From assembly GCF_009914755.1 (NCBI RefSeq), contig NC_060925.1: a DNA stretch of 64,000 bases; one strand, given 5' to 3'. The notes under the pieces are model-generated. The model ran no database searches. It saw only the letters and a list, made by a program, of their open reading frames with translations, and was not told the DNA's origin. This document shows positions 11,801 to 27,865 of this stretch, in pieces. Position 1 is the stretch's first letter; each line of letters starts with the position of its first letter. Position numbers and translations under genes: made by a program. The stretch is from the human T2T-CHM13v2.0 reference genome, Homo sapiens.

Positions 11801-13672
11801 CCCTCCCCACCCAGGCCAGACACAAGACGCTGGCTCTCCTGGCCCCGCCACCGCCTGGCCAGGTCCCCGCCCCAACCCACTTGTTCATAGTCAGCCAGGT
11901 TGCTTTTGATGGCTTCCTCCCTCCAGCCCCGATCTGCCACCCTGAAGAGAGACAAAGAATTATTTATTTGGAGAAAAGAAAAACCCTCAAAGTGTCAGCC
12001 AGTAACAGACATGACACTTGCTACGCAGGAGCGACATGCGGGTTTTCTAGTCTGCAGGAGGGCCTTCGCCAGCAACACACCTCGGCCACCCTGGGTGCCC
12101 TCAGATGCTGTGAAGCCCTACCTGTGTGGCCTTTTTCTGTTTTCTCTTTCCTTAAAACCACTGCATACCACACCTGGAGGTTGTGAGAATTAACCTGTAA
12201 TGAAGGTGAGTGGCCAGCACCAGGACGGGGACGTCTGCAATAAACATGGCAAAATCTGAAAAGCAGGTGAGGTCGACCAGGCTCCCAGGCTCCCAGGCTG
12301 AGACAACAGAACCCTCAGGGCTGTCTTCACTGAGACGCTTGATTTGTTTTGTTTTGATTTTGGTTGGAATTTGATTTGAGGGAGACATGATCCCACCACA
12401 TTTTACATGAACAAAGCAAATCTGACATCCACGCCCAGGACCAAGCCAAGAAAGAGGCGGTACAATGGTGCGGCCAGGAGGCTGGCTGGCTGTCACCATC
12501 GGCAGGGACAGTAGGAGAAAGCCAAGAGCCACAGTGACCCTTCCACAGACCACAGTCCTCCCTACTGCCACCCACTCCTTGCCCGAGCCAAAGTCCTGCT
12601 TTCTCTGGACATCACTCCATTCGCCCAAATACCTAGGCCCCTACCATGTGCCAGGCAAAGCACAAGGCGGTATCGTCCCTGCCCTTCCTGCAAGAACACG
12701 GCGCATCAAGTCCTTCCCACCCGCCGTTCTAAAACACGAGGCTTTCACTCTGTGCCTCACACTGGGAGCGCACTCGTTTTTTGGGGCTGGGAAAGGGGCA
12801 CTCCTGGTCTCACAGTGGGGACAATGGGGCTGGAGGAGGGCCTCTGTTAGCGGAAAGAGCCTGTACACCCAGGGGTGAGAGGGCTCTCTGGTCAGAGAGG
12901 AAAATGGAATGTGGCCAATCTCGCCAGGGAAAGGCTGCTCCAGGCTCCTCCCTCTCCTAGGGTCTGGGCTGGGCGCCCAAGTTGGTGGCGGCCTCGGCTC
13001 CCACACCAGGTCATGGGCAGACCCTCCCCGCAGAGCAGCGGACGCCACTGTTCCAGGGGGATTGACTCGCTCTGTGGTCTGGACAGGCTAAGTCACACAC
13101 CCCCTCCTTTTTCCTTCCCCTCCCCATGGTTCCTCCTCACCCCCATGCCCAAATGCTTGAGTCTTGATTACACCCTGGACAGTACCCCAGCACCTGACCT
13201 GCCAAATAATTAGACCCAGAAGCAGGCCACAATCGGCTTTGGATCAGAACCAGTGTCTCTGCTGCGTGCAGTGACAGCTTCTGTCCTCGTGGAAAGAACG
13301 CCGTGCCGACACATGCTCCGAGTTAAAAACATTTTCAAAAAGAAAACGGGAGGGGGAAAGAAGCCATCTGTATCTCAAGTCTGCAAGACAGCTCTGGCCA
13401 GGGCCAGCTTCGGCTTCCTGAGAAGCTACGGCCCATCGTGGTCCCAGCCCAGGACCCCGGCTCTCACCTACGGAGGGGTATTCCAGACAAACTCGCTGAC
13501 TCACCGGAAAAGGTGGCATTGTGGCTGACACCTGTGCCTCAGAGGTGACCACAGCCTGGTTGTAATGCCCCACCCCCAACCATGGGGTTGGGGGTGTTGG
13601 TAAAGCCTAGAAGAATTAAGTCAAGTCTGACAGAGTGTGGGCACCTGAAAGCTTCCTTAAAGCCAGTATATT

Positions 13673-14245
13673 AGGCAGGGCATGATGGCTCACACCTGTA
13701 ATCCTAGCACTTTGGGAGGCTGAAGCGGGACAACTGCTTAAGGCCGGGAGTTTGAGACCAGCCGGGAAAAACACAGCAAGACCCCCTCTACAAAAAAAAA
13801 AAATCTGACAATTAGCTGGGCATGGTGGTACAAGCCTGTAATTCCAGCTACTCAGAGGCTGAAGCAGGAGGAGTTTGAGGCTGCACTCCAGCCTGGGTGA
13901 CAAGGTAAGACCCCAATACTTTTAAAAAAGAGAGAGAGGCTGGAAGTGGTGACTCACGCCTGTAATCCCAGCACTCTGGGAGGCCGAGGCTGGTGGATCA
14001 TGAGGTCAGGTGAGGAAGACCATCCTGGCCAACATGGTGAAATTCCGTCTCTACTAAAAATACAAAAATTAGCCGGGCGTGGTGGCGTGCGCCTGCAGTC
14101 CCAGCTACTCAGGAGGCTGAGGCAAGACAATCACTTAAACTCGGGAGGCAGAGGTTGCAGTGAGCTGATATCGTGACACTGTACTCCAGCCTGGGCGACA
14201 GAGTGATACACCATCTCAAAAAAAAAAAAAAAAAAAAAAAAAAAG
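13673..14245 (+). mobile_element. Two tandem Alus (internally deleted AluJ-like ~13673-13915; AluS-like ~13938-14245)
   Basis: Alu consensus motifs and A tails. Confidence 0.9.
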
Positions 14246-14735
14246 AGAGAGAGAGCATGTCAGTAGAGTCTTCATTCTTTTAGTTTATGTCCTTGTAGAT
14301 TTGTGTTTCCAATAACCAATTTTTAACACATTTTTGCTAGAATAACAGCCTTATAAGGACATTTTTGTTTCAGCTACATCTCCAGTTTGTGCTCTCACCA
14401 AGGTGATCACCACTTTCTCCAAACTCTCACCCCCACCTCGGTGGGGCACCTTGCCGAGGCCCTCAAATGACTTGGCTCAACCAAGTCCACACCCACCCAC
14501 GCTGGGACCACAAAGGTATCATTTACCACCACTTTACAGAGGAGGAAGCAAAACTCAGGTGAGTCCAAGCAACAAGTCCAAAAATGACAGAGCTGGCCAG
14601 CGCAGTGAGACAGGGTGCTGGGGCAAGCCCAGGGAAGGGTGACCCCACAATCCCCTGAGGGGATGCTGGGAAGCATTCCTGTGCCTTCCTAGGGGACAAG
14701 TCAGCTGGAACCAACAGGATATATCTTATATTTTA

Positions 14736-15242
<507 letters not shown>

Positions 15243-15540
15243 TAAAGGGGAGGAAAATAGTCTATGAGGTCTGTGAGGGCAAAAGATTTGCTGGTGTCTT
15301 TGCTTCCGTAGCCAAACGGCAGAGGCATCAAATATTTGATGAATGGAAGACTAGACAGATTAGATGAATATCTGATAAAGACAAATATCTTTGATGACCT
15401 ATGGGTGGATTTTTGGATAAAATATCTTCCTAAACTGATACTATTAGGACAATTTTAGCAGAAAGTAGTTGTTTAAAGGCAGTAAGCATTTCAGGCCCTT
15501 GGAAAAGCCTGGATGGCAGGCTTAGAAATAAAGAAGTCCC

Positions 15541-16263
<723 letters not shown>

Positions 16264-16661
16264 CTACAGTGTGGCTAGACCCTCCCTGAAGAACAGATAA
16301 GAGCCATTCACAATTAGAAGCAACCCTGCACACAGAGACCACAGCTCCAAGCCCTAAGCCACCCACACTGGAATCTTGTTTATCCTTGGCTAAGCAAACA
16401 CAAGTCTTCTTAGATAATGCAAAGGTCAACTGTAGACTTGTATGACCTGATAAAATCGCCACCAACCCTGAATTACAGGGTGTTCAATAATAAAATATTT
16501 CTACAGAGCTATGAGGGAGAGAGAGAAATCAGAAGTGGGCTATTTTCCATCATCCTCCATTAACACCCCACTAAGACACAGGCTGAGTGATGGAGTTCTG
16601 GATTCCAGGATCACATCCCTGTCCACCCACTCCCCAGCCCCCTTTATAAAAAGCAAGAACC

Positions 16662-17032
<371 letters not shown>

Positions 17033-18574
17033 TTAACTGAACAGAGAGCATTTTCCCACACACCTCTGAGGACACTTCACATCTGAAGCTCCATCGATGT
17101 GTCAAAGACCTACTTCAGAAAAGAAAGGCAAACACCAAGGCCAGGGCTCGAACTGAGCAGACGAACTTGGACTTGTTCTAAGGGCGTTAAGACTTCAGGG
17201 AACCATTCAAATGCACAGACTGCACAGAGGGGCCCTGGGAGGTGGGCAGCCTCCTGATCCTCCCTGATCACTCTTTCAGCCAACAAATGTTGAGTGGGGA
17301 TCCACCAAGCGTCAGGGCCTCAGTTTACAAGACCCACCATGGGCTCTGCCCCCAGAGGCTCAAAGATTATTAGAAGCATCTTAGAATTATGTGATGTCTA
17401 AACTGAGACATGAAAAATAAACAGGGTTCCCTGAGAGGAGAAAGAATGGCAGCAAGTGCTCCAAGCTGGGAGAACAGCCTGTGCAAAGGCCCCAAGGCAG
17501 AGAGCTGGCCCTTCTCTAACTACAGCCCAGGAATCTCAGGCTTCACATTCCACCCTAACAGAAAAATACACAGATGTCTTTTTAATGTTAGGTCCCCAAA
17601 TAATTTTTATTTCAAAACACAGAAATATTCCGTTAAGTCCCTCTAAATTTTTTTTTTCCAACATACAAGGCCCATCACCTTCTCACCTCTCCCCATTGAC
17701 CACCTTTCCATTTCTGCAGCAGTTTTCCAAGAGCAGTAGCTTCTAATTCCTGAACAGCTCACATGGGCCTCCAGTTGTCGACACACCCTGTCTCCTCTCT
17801 GGCTAATGGTGGCCCCAGCTGCCTGTCCACGTCTCCAGAGTAGGCCTGGGCAGGGACAGGGAAGGACATACTTCCTAACCAAAAGAAAAGAGCAAACCGC
17901 AGGCCAGGAAGGAAGTAGGAAGTCATCCTGAGCGCAGATCCCTAGATGAGGCCTGAGCACAGCCCCTGATGGCAGGCAGTGGGCAGTCCCTCCCCAGATG
18001 GACTAGGGAAGCTGGCACTTAGGAAGAGAAAGATCGTTTGGGGACAGGGAGCAGGATGAAACACATCCCTGGCCCTTCTCAAGGACATGGCTTGTGCTGG
18101 GGACATATAAACACTCCTAACCTAAAAGCATTTGGCTCCCTTAGCTGTCTTTGTCCTCACCCCTGCTCCCCACCAAAAACAGACTTCAGGAAGAAAATGA
18201 ATCAAGTTTTACAAGCTTCCCTATTTACCCAGGGCTACAAATCTATCAGTGGGGAAGCTTTTAAAATGTTCTCTCTCCTAGCACTGTCCCTTCCCTTCTA
18301 TCTACCACTGCCCCCAACCCCAAACACACACACACACAACCTCTTATGGGTTTCTTTAACCTTGGCTATGGATCCTGAGTCTGAAGGAGGAATTCCAAAT
18401 TCAGAACATACCCCAGTCCACCATTCATAAATACTTCCTGCTTTTCATTCCACTCCTCTTACTTATTCGTGCTTCTAAACGTGCCCCAGAATCACTCCCT
18501 AAGCACAGATACCTTCCTTTCAGCCTCTCATTCTTTCATTCCTGAAATATCTTCTAACATGCTCTGCTTCATTA

Positions 18575-18710
18575 TCTCAAAGCAGTACTGCAGGCTGAGT
18601 ACAATCCCCATTTTACAGATAAGGACACTGAGGCTCAGAGGTTAATCAACTGGCACAGGTTACACTGTGGATGGGGGCGCTCTTGTGGGGATTAGAACCC
18701 AGGCTGCTTA
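18575..18710 (-). mobile_element. MIR SINE
   Basis: cccattttacagataaggacactgaggctcagagg...ggattagaacccagg. Confidence 0.8.
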
Positions 18711-19515
18711 ACCTTCAAAAGCTCTCGTTCTCTGCACCTTGGTTCCCCAGTACCCCATATTCATCAGACACAAAAAGTAAAGTCGCTTCCTTTTTCAAAG
18801 AAAAATGACCCATTCTGGATCACCCACAGCTTTAAATATTGCATGTTGAAAGCTAAAGGCCATTTTAACTGATGCTTCAAAAAGTATCATGGAAGACTCA
18901 GCCCACAAGAAAACCATCCAGAAAGTAGAGACTGTGTTAACATGCAGTGTGGGGTTCAGTGCAGTTCTAGAGGCACAGATGTTTAGGGTGGCTCTCCCTC
19001 AAGACAGGGATGCTGCTGTCCAGTGGGCAGTCAGGGGCCTAGGGTTACAGCTTCAACCCCTCGCTCCCCACAGAAGGAGGGGTTTCCTTTGTGCAAGGAA
19101 AAGCAAGGGCTGGGTGGCCTTCCTGCAGTGGCCCATGAGCCTATTCTTAGGATTGACATCCTTCAGATACATTTTATCCTTCAGATAAAATGCCCCACGG
19201 GCACAGCACCTTATGGAGCGGTCCACATCATCAACTCCCAGGAGCTGGGGAGGATGGGGAGATGGGATGGTCCCTCTGGCCAATGAGGGGATCCACACTG
19301 TACTGGGGCCCTTGGCTGGAAGCAGCTCAGGTGTTCTCACCCCCAGTTCCAAGGTTGCTCATATCCCGTATTCCAGTGTCAGCAGGGGAAGCAACGACAC
19401 AGCATCCGCCAGAAAAACAAAGTGGGAAGAAGGATTTGCCCCATCTTCAAACCCATCTACCCTAATTGTGCTAAATTCTCTGGCTAGCTTCAATCCACAA
19501 TGTATAAACTGATCC

Positions 19516-19518
<3 letters not shown>

Positions 19519-19571
<53 letters not shown>

Positions 19572-19700
19572 GATGGAGTTTCACTATGTTGTCACAGGCA
19601 TGATCATAGCTCACTGCAGCCTCCAACTCCTGGGCTCAAGCAATCCTCCTGCCTCTACCTCCTGAGTAGCTGGACTATAGGCGCACACCACCTCACCCAG
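19519..19700 (-). mobile_element. Alu right-arm/FRAM-like monomer with 49-nt poly(T) on + strand
   Basis: Diverged J-type right-arm sequence; T run 19519-19567. Confidence 0.85.
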
Positions 19701-21109
19701 TTGAACTGGCTCTACTTTCCGATCCCATCTTCCTCCCAAGCAAGAGGCCTCTCTCCTGTCATCCCCAGCTACTTACTACTCAACAGGAGTCCCCTCCTTC
19801 TTGCCTGTCAGCACCCACCCCGAGTACATTCTCCCCCTGACCCTCCACACCGGGGCACCTCATTCCCTGCTCTCAGCTTTCCTCAGGCAGTCAGCAAAAC
19901 TTTTATTCCATGAAGTAAGAACATCCGTTCCATCCGTCTGTCTTCCTGGGATGCCAGTGTATGAGAAGACACTTCATACAACACTGGGTATGATTACTCA
20001 CACGTGCTAGTGTCCCAAAGCGCCCACTGGGCTTCCTTCGCAGGGGATTCCTCCCTGGATCGTTTACTATTGCTTATAGTTTCCAGGGCACTGGCCAGAA
20101 AAAAGCCTGAAGTTGAGAGAATCGGGGAGACCCTTAAAAAGAACTCAATGATTCGACTGCTTAAAGCTGAAATCCAACCTCTCATTGACAGCAAAAACGA
20201 AGCTGCCAAAAACCAAGCCATGCCTCTTCAAGAAAGGAAGGATTTCCAACTAACCCTTTCAACTAAATCCAACGTGGGCTCTTTGCTGAAATCCCTCCTA
20301 CTCTACAGAAGGGCCTTCTCGGATTATTTTTCTTCAAAAAAACATCATTTACACATTGAGTGTCTTTACTTTCCAAACCATTCAGAATTAGGGAAAGAGG
20401 GGAAAAACACGTCTGTTTCTATTTGAAACTGTCAAAATTAGCATTCAGTAATTAAAAATCACACCCTTTCTCTTAATAACCTAACCAGCATGATACAATC
20501 AGGTTGTGCCAACTCTTTAATCTAATTGACTAATTACAGATTTTAATTTAGTCAGTTACCGAACAACTGTTGACAATTTGTTTTCATTAGGGACAGAACA
20601 GAATAAATATTTAGGCTTCCAGTCACAAAGACTCCTGCGATCGGCTCTCCACCATGACCCCAACTTCAGAGTGAGCTTCAGCTCTATCAATATCCTCAGA
20701 CACAGGTACCCTTGCTGCACTCGAGTCGCTTCTTAGCAAGGCCCCGAGCCAGAACAAGCCTTCCCAAAAGTCCCTCTTAAGGCAAAAGCCTTACATACAA
20801 GCAACGGCCTCCATTCCCAAAGTACAGGCAATTCCCAAATTCACACACGTCACTCAAGAAGTGGCAAACACTTAAATGTTGTGAAGAAAAATAAATTCAA
20901 CACTACATGTCACTGGCTTTTAAGCAACAAAATAAGTTAACAGTCAAAATAGGTTTATCTGCATTCATCTCACCGAGAAGCAAACTGTCACTGACATTTT
21001 TTTTTAAGACACACGTTTACAGGTTTCTACTGAAATGATCCAATTCTTTCAAAGTGCATTTTTCCCCAAGGTCCCCATCTCCCAAAGTCATCCAAAAGTT
21101 TGTCAAAGT

Positions 21110-21335
21110 AGCAGCATGGCTCAAAGGTAGAGTGGGGCTCTGGGTTCAAATCCCAGCTCTACTATCTAATGACTTCATAACAACGGGCTCATGCCTTCAC
21201 TTCTCTGAGCCCTGGCTTCCTCATCGGAGAAATGAGGTCATAACAGCCCCTATCTTATAGAGTGTTACAGGGATTAAATGCCATGCCCACACACAGTGCC
21301 TGGCCTGGGGTAAATGCAGTAAATGGTGGTCACTG
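21110..21335 (+). mobile_element. MIR SINE
   Basis: ctgggttcaaatcccagctctact...ctctgagccctggcttcctcatc...ggattaaatg. Confidence 0.8.
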
Positions 21336-22438
21336 CTGTTTCAGAAACTGCTGTTGTATCCCTCACTGTCCCCATGCTACAAATTAGGAAAGAAAGAAAT
21401 CATCTGTCAAAGGTTACCAAGCTATTAAGTGGGAAAGCTTGGTGGAGAAGGATGATTTCCGGACTCGCTGTCCAGTGATCCATCTGCTGCAGGTAATGCC
21501 AGCTCAGAACCGCAGGGAATATGGGACCCCTGCCTTGGGATATATCTGTAAGGAGAGGAGGCTCTGCAGATGGGAGCTGTTCACACAGGCTCTTACACCC
21601 TCAGTGTGTCTACCCTCCAAGCTGCACTGCCCTAACAGAGAAGCCTTGCATGCACAGCCAGGAGAGCAGGGGTGGATGGGCCTAAAGAGAGCTCAGCCAT
21701 CTCCGGAGAGAACTCTGCATTCTAACCTTCCTCAGTCCTGGGGGAAACACGAGGGATGTCCCTCTACAGAGGTCAACCCTGGCCATGCCAGGACAAAGTG
21801 AGAAGGCACCACTGCTAGGTGGGTCCTGCCTAAGGATTCTAACCAGGTTTCTGGAAAACTTCACTGGGGGCTCTTGAGGCATTGCTAATATTGTTTAAGT
21901 TCTAGAAGAATCGGGTCTGCCTCAATTGAAATGGAACTGAAATTTCCAATGTTTTTCTGTTGACTAGAATTCTGTTCTACCAACCTGGTGTGCTCACGTT
22001 GGTTCCCCTGAGCTGATGAGAAAGTCTCATCAGCAGCTATATAGTTCTCATTTTCCACATTTCTTCATTAAAATTAATGGTGACTCAATGCATGCAATCT
22101 CTTTGTAAATAAAATATTTTCAAGCCTGGAGTCCACAGGGGGTGGTAGGAGATTTAATAAAAGGGAGCCTTTTAAGTGAAGAGATAGCAAACCTTTTCTT
22201 TAAGTCACATAGGTCCCAAAGCCAAGATGTTTTCTTCCTGGACGAGGTCATTAAAAACCAGCCCAATCCCTCTACCCACAGAGAAGCACCGCACCAGTCA
22301 GGAACCCTATGAGCCCAGGCCAGGCTTCAGCTGGCTCATCTCCGTCAGGACCCACCTGGTCCTGCCAGCCTCAGCATCAAACCACTCCAGGCTGGGCAGG
22401 GGGTCATCAATTAATGAGACAGAAAAGATGCCAAATCT

Positions 22439-22752
22439 GGGCCAGGCACAGTGGCTTACACCTGTAATCCCAGCACTTTGGAAGGCCGAGGCAGGAGACT
22501 GCTTGAGGCCAGGAGTTTGAGACCAGCCTGGGCAACATGGCAAACCCTGTCTCTACCAAAAAAAAATAAAAAAATAAAAAAACAGAAAAGTTAGCTGGGC
22601 ATGGTGGCACATGCCTGTAGTCCCAGTTACTTGGGAAGGCTGAGCCAGGAGAATCACCTGAGCCTGGGGAAGCTGAGGCTGCAGTGAGCCGAGATCATGC
22701 TACTGCACTCCAGCCTGGGCAACACAGCAAGACCCTGTCTCAAAAAAAAAAA
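22439..22752 (+). mobile_element. AluJ-type element
   Basis: Dimeric Alu, J-like. Confidence 0.92.
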
Positions 22753-22789
22753 TTTTTTTTTTTTTAAATTAAGAAGACAAACCTATTAA

Positions 22790-22960
22790 GTCTACCTTGC
22801 CCATGACTGAATCCCTCTAAGTGCCTCATTTCCTTCTCTACAAAATAGGAATAACAGAACTTAACTCACAGGGCTGTTTTGAGTATGACAATAGACAAAA
22901 CCTAAAGCACTTACAACAGTGCCTGGCATACGGTTAGCACTCAATAATTGTTTGCTATTG
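22790..22960 (+). mobile_element. MIR SINE
   Basis: ctctaagtgcctcatttcc...aaagcacttacaacagtgcctggcata...cactcaataa. Confidence 0.75.
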
Positions 22961-23399
22961 TTATCAGTTCTTCCGTCACGAAATGGGAGGAATGCCTGTC
23001 CCCTACATTGTCCAACAGGGAGATACCTAAGAATGCCTTTTAAGGGTCTGAACACATAGTAAGTGCTCAATAAGCACTGGTTTGCTTTGTTAAATAGAAA
23101 ACTCATTATTACTAAGCCATAATGCTGTCGTTTAGAAATTTATCCCTCACCAAGAACTCACCACCCCAACTCCCAATGGTCAACCTCCCATGAAGACTGT
23201 CACTCTCTAAAATCCCAGGGACCCGCGGCAAACATCCTGATTTCCTCCTAGTCTCTTCTCTTCCAGCTCTCTCTGAAGAAGACGCTGCCAGCAAAATAAC
23301 ACCAAAGAAAGTATGTGGCGACAGTCAACTAGATTTAAGTTCATTTTCTGTAGCTTGGGGTCAGAATCGACTGAAGCACTCTGATGATCAAGTTTTCTG

Positions 23400-23850
23400 C
23401 AATTCCCTATTCCACGCATTAGCTCGCTGACAGAAATTCACTGCGGTATTTAAAGTGGCAGCCATCACAACTAACTCAAATTGTATTGGCTTCCCCGATG
23501 CTGAAATGCTCTGCTGAAACCATCAATTGGCCAATTCGGAGATAACGTGGTGGCTGAAATTCCCTGTCATGCTGTAAAATCCCCTTTTGAAGCGGCTCAC
23601 CAGCGCGGAGATCGTGGAGAGCCCTGCCCGGAGCTGCGGGCCAGGGCCGCCGCCCGTAACACAAGCGGGCTCCGAGTGGGATCTGGCCGGCAGGCGGGCA
23701 GCGCTGCCAAGAGGAAGAGCCTCCAGAGAGAGGAGAACATTTTCTACTGGAAGCCGTCTAAAAGCCGGCGAGCAGAGACCGGCAGTGCGCACACGCCCGG
23801 CACCAGGCCTGCCCACTGGGCCATCTGCCCCCTCAGCACCGGCTGGATGG
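23400..23850. promoter_or_regulatory. Small intronic CpG-rich element (candidate enhancer or internal promoter)
   Basis: Non-repeat sequence with locally dense CpG at ~23590-23830 and palindrome AATTGGCCAATT at 23525-23536. Confidence 0.5.
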
Positions 23851-25299
23851 CCAAAGGCCACAGGAAGCTCTCAGCCTCTCCCAAAGAAAGCTGCAAAATT
23901 CCTAAAGGATGGCACAGACACAGACACGGGCGCCAGCCTCTTAGGTGGAGGTTTTCTCAAGTCAGTGGTGGCCCCAGGCTTGCTGTGTCACCAGCCTCAG
24001 TGTCCCCATCTGGAAACTGAGTGTCTCCTTCTTCTTGCACATCTGAAACAGCCTTCTCAAAGGGGACCACAACTCACAAAGCATTTTCACGTGCTCTCAC
24101 CCAACTTCCAAAAAGCTGGAGGGGCAGAAAAAAGCCGGCCACTGTTTCCTATCATTTTGCAGACACCAGACAACTTACCCAAGGCCATCTGAAAGAATCA
24201 GATCTTGTACCTTGGTCATCCAAGTCCAAATCCCATGTACAGCCCACAACACTGCATCTAATGGCAAAGCCCGGCAGGCAGCGGGCAATAACTGCCCACC
24301 AACCATCTGCCATTTCCATCCGGTCTATAAAGCTACGCTCTGCCCCTCTCAGAGCTCAAAGCGCTGCAGCAGTATCCCAGAATGTGGGAGAGGCCTGCTC
24401 CCCCCTCTCCACTGCCTCCTCTCTCAAACAGCCTTTTGTGACTGGGAAAGAAGGATCAGAGGAAAACCTCAGGCAGCGGCCCCAGGGAGCAGTTGTGCTT
24501 CTTAAGGTCAGAGGACTGTGAAACAGAAGTGAAATGTCAGGCGCTTCACCCAAACACACAAAGAGCAGGGGACACAAAACCTGCCCTGGAAGCTGTGCAA
24601 ACAGCTGTCACCAGGAGGGGACAGGGAATTTGGGAGGCTGGGTCAACCTCGGTCAGACAGGATGCCTTACGACCTATTCTCACTACTGCCACTGCCTAAG
24701 CCCTGTTCAGACGCAAGCTCCACGGGGGGCAAGGAACCCCCTCCACCCACCCACCTCAATCACAGACAGGCAGAAGGAGCTGCCCCACAGCCAGCCAGCA
24801 GGGACAGGCTGCAAACTCCTCCAGCTTTGCCTAGAAAGCCACATGGACTCCGCTATTAAGAAGAGTGTCCCTGCGCTCTCAGGCCCTCTCCTCCCGCGCC
24901 CACTCCAGAGTGGTCCAGGCCACAGTCCCACCCCCTCCAATGGGAGCTGTTACTTACTCTGCCTTCAACAAGCATCTGTTGGGATTTTCTGTGTGTTCAA
25001 TGCACTAAGACTATGGCAGCAAACCACAGAGACAACGGTACCAAGTGCCCGCCAGGCACCACTCTGAAAGCACAACATGTGGTGGGGAAACAATTTCCCG
25101 AGAACTCTCTAAGGTATGGATCATTTCCTTCTAGTACAGATCTGGAAACTGAGGCTCAGCAATTGCTTGTCTCTTGACCCAAGTCACTTAACTTGTAGGA
25201 ACTAAGATTCAGTCTCAGCTGTCTCTGGGCTAGTGGCCTTCTGACTTTGCGTTGAGCCCCCAAAAAAGGCAAATACTACAACACAAACCCAGGGCACAC

Positions 25300-25470
25300 A
25301 TACTTTTATATGCACACATAAATCACTGAAAACAGACATTTCCAGAAACAATATTTGTGTTTACTCTGTGTAATACGGTTGTTTCTTTTTTGGTAATTAC
25401 CAGTCATGACCCACTAAGTTGGTTTCATGATGTATTAATGGGTCACAGCTCACAGTTTACAAACAGTGCT
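25300..25470. mobile_element. hAT-Charlie-type DNA transposon remnant
   Basis: gacccactaagttggtttcatgatgtattaatgggtcacag...cagtttacaaacagtg resembles hAT MER termini. Confidence 0.5.
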
Positions 25471-26371
25471 TCACCACGTGCCCCTTGTCCATCTTCATTA
25501 AAACGAGTACTTAGCACAGTTGATGCCTGGGCAGGAATCAAATCCTTCTCACTTCTCAAGGCTCAGAGCCTTGCTCACAGACCCCAGAATGCATTCAAGA
25601 CCTGCAATAGGCCCCAGGAATGGGGTGGCAGAAAGGGCAAGTAAAGTTCCTCCCCTCAAGGAGCTTTCATTCCAGAAAGGGGAAGGAAGAGACACAACCT
25701 TAACTGAAATAACTCTCCTTCCAGGCAGCTGGTAACAAACGACTAGGAGAGTTACAGAGTTAGTTCCTGGGGAAAAAACAGAAGAGGGATGTCTTCCCAT
25801 AGGAGTCGTCCTGGCAGGCCTGGTGGAGGCAGCCACATTCCAGGCTAGCATTGGCTCTACAGAAGAATAGTTGGCAGGGGAGGAAAAAACCCTCTCAGGT
25901 GGTATGGTACCAAGCGGGAATCATGGTGAAGAGGCCAAAGTGGCTGGAGAAAGCGCCTGTTCCAGATTCCTAGAAAATGAGAAGTCACTAGGAGAGAAGA
26001 AAATGGACAGTGATGGGGCAACTTCAGGCCAGGCACAGGCCAGAAGCATCTGTGCGTCCACTCTTTTCTCATCCTCACAAGCACCAGGGCTGGTTTGGAA
26101 GCTGCATATGTGACTTGCTCCTCCAATCACTGGGGCAGGGAGAACATAATGTGACTTGCCCCCACAATCCCCCAGGGGTACCTGAAACCCAGGGATCCAG
26201 AGAGCTGATCAACAGGGAAGCTAGCCCATGATGGTTCACGCTTCACAGGCACACACCTCTCACCCCAACGTCATTCTGCTGGCCCCTTATTATCAATCAC
26301 TGAGAACACTGCCCATCAGGAAGCCAGAACTCAGACCAGGCCGGAGGTGAGGTAAGAAAAATGACAGCACA

Positions 26372-26925
<554 letters not shown>

Positions 26926-27402
26926 GTATACTTTATTAACCCCATTTTCCACCCGAGGAAGTTGAGGCTCAGAGGTTACTTAAGGTGTCCATGTTTGCAC
27001 AGCTCGTAACTGCAACAAGGCAAAGGAAAGAAAGCATCCTGGACTATTGATTAGGCTTGCAGGCAGGTTTGAGTTCTACTGGAAACTTCACGCAGGGCAC
27101 CTTTCCCTCTGCGCATGTTTCTTTAGCTACTTGAAAGAACACTAGGTGACCTCCAGTTCCATCACCTGCAATCCTGCTATTTATATCTATGATAAATATA
27201 TATTTCGTTACAACACAGGGGTGGGACTGTTTACCTCCCCCCACTGCCCCCCCAACTCCATACTGACTGTATCTTGGTCTCTTAGAAAAACAAGATCATT
27301 CCACACAATTCTTTTTAAGCCCACATCTCATCCTGGACTGCATCTGTCTCTTCAACTAGACAGTAAGCATAGTAGGAGCTTGGTAACCTCAAAATACGGT
27401 AG

Positions 27403-27865
<463 letters not shown>

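Noticed and set aside
12213-12230. REST/RE1-like CAGCACC-A-GGACGG
   Set aside because: Wrong half-site spacing and an imperfect right half.
20004-20426. 140-codon non-repeat ORF with helical-looking composition
   Set aside because: Starts at GTG, is antisense within an intron, has no recognisable domain or splice support, and its length is attainable by chance. PhyloCSF or Ribo-seq would be needed to reconsider.
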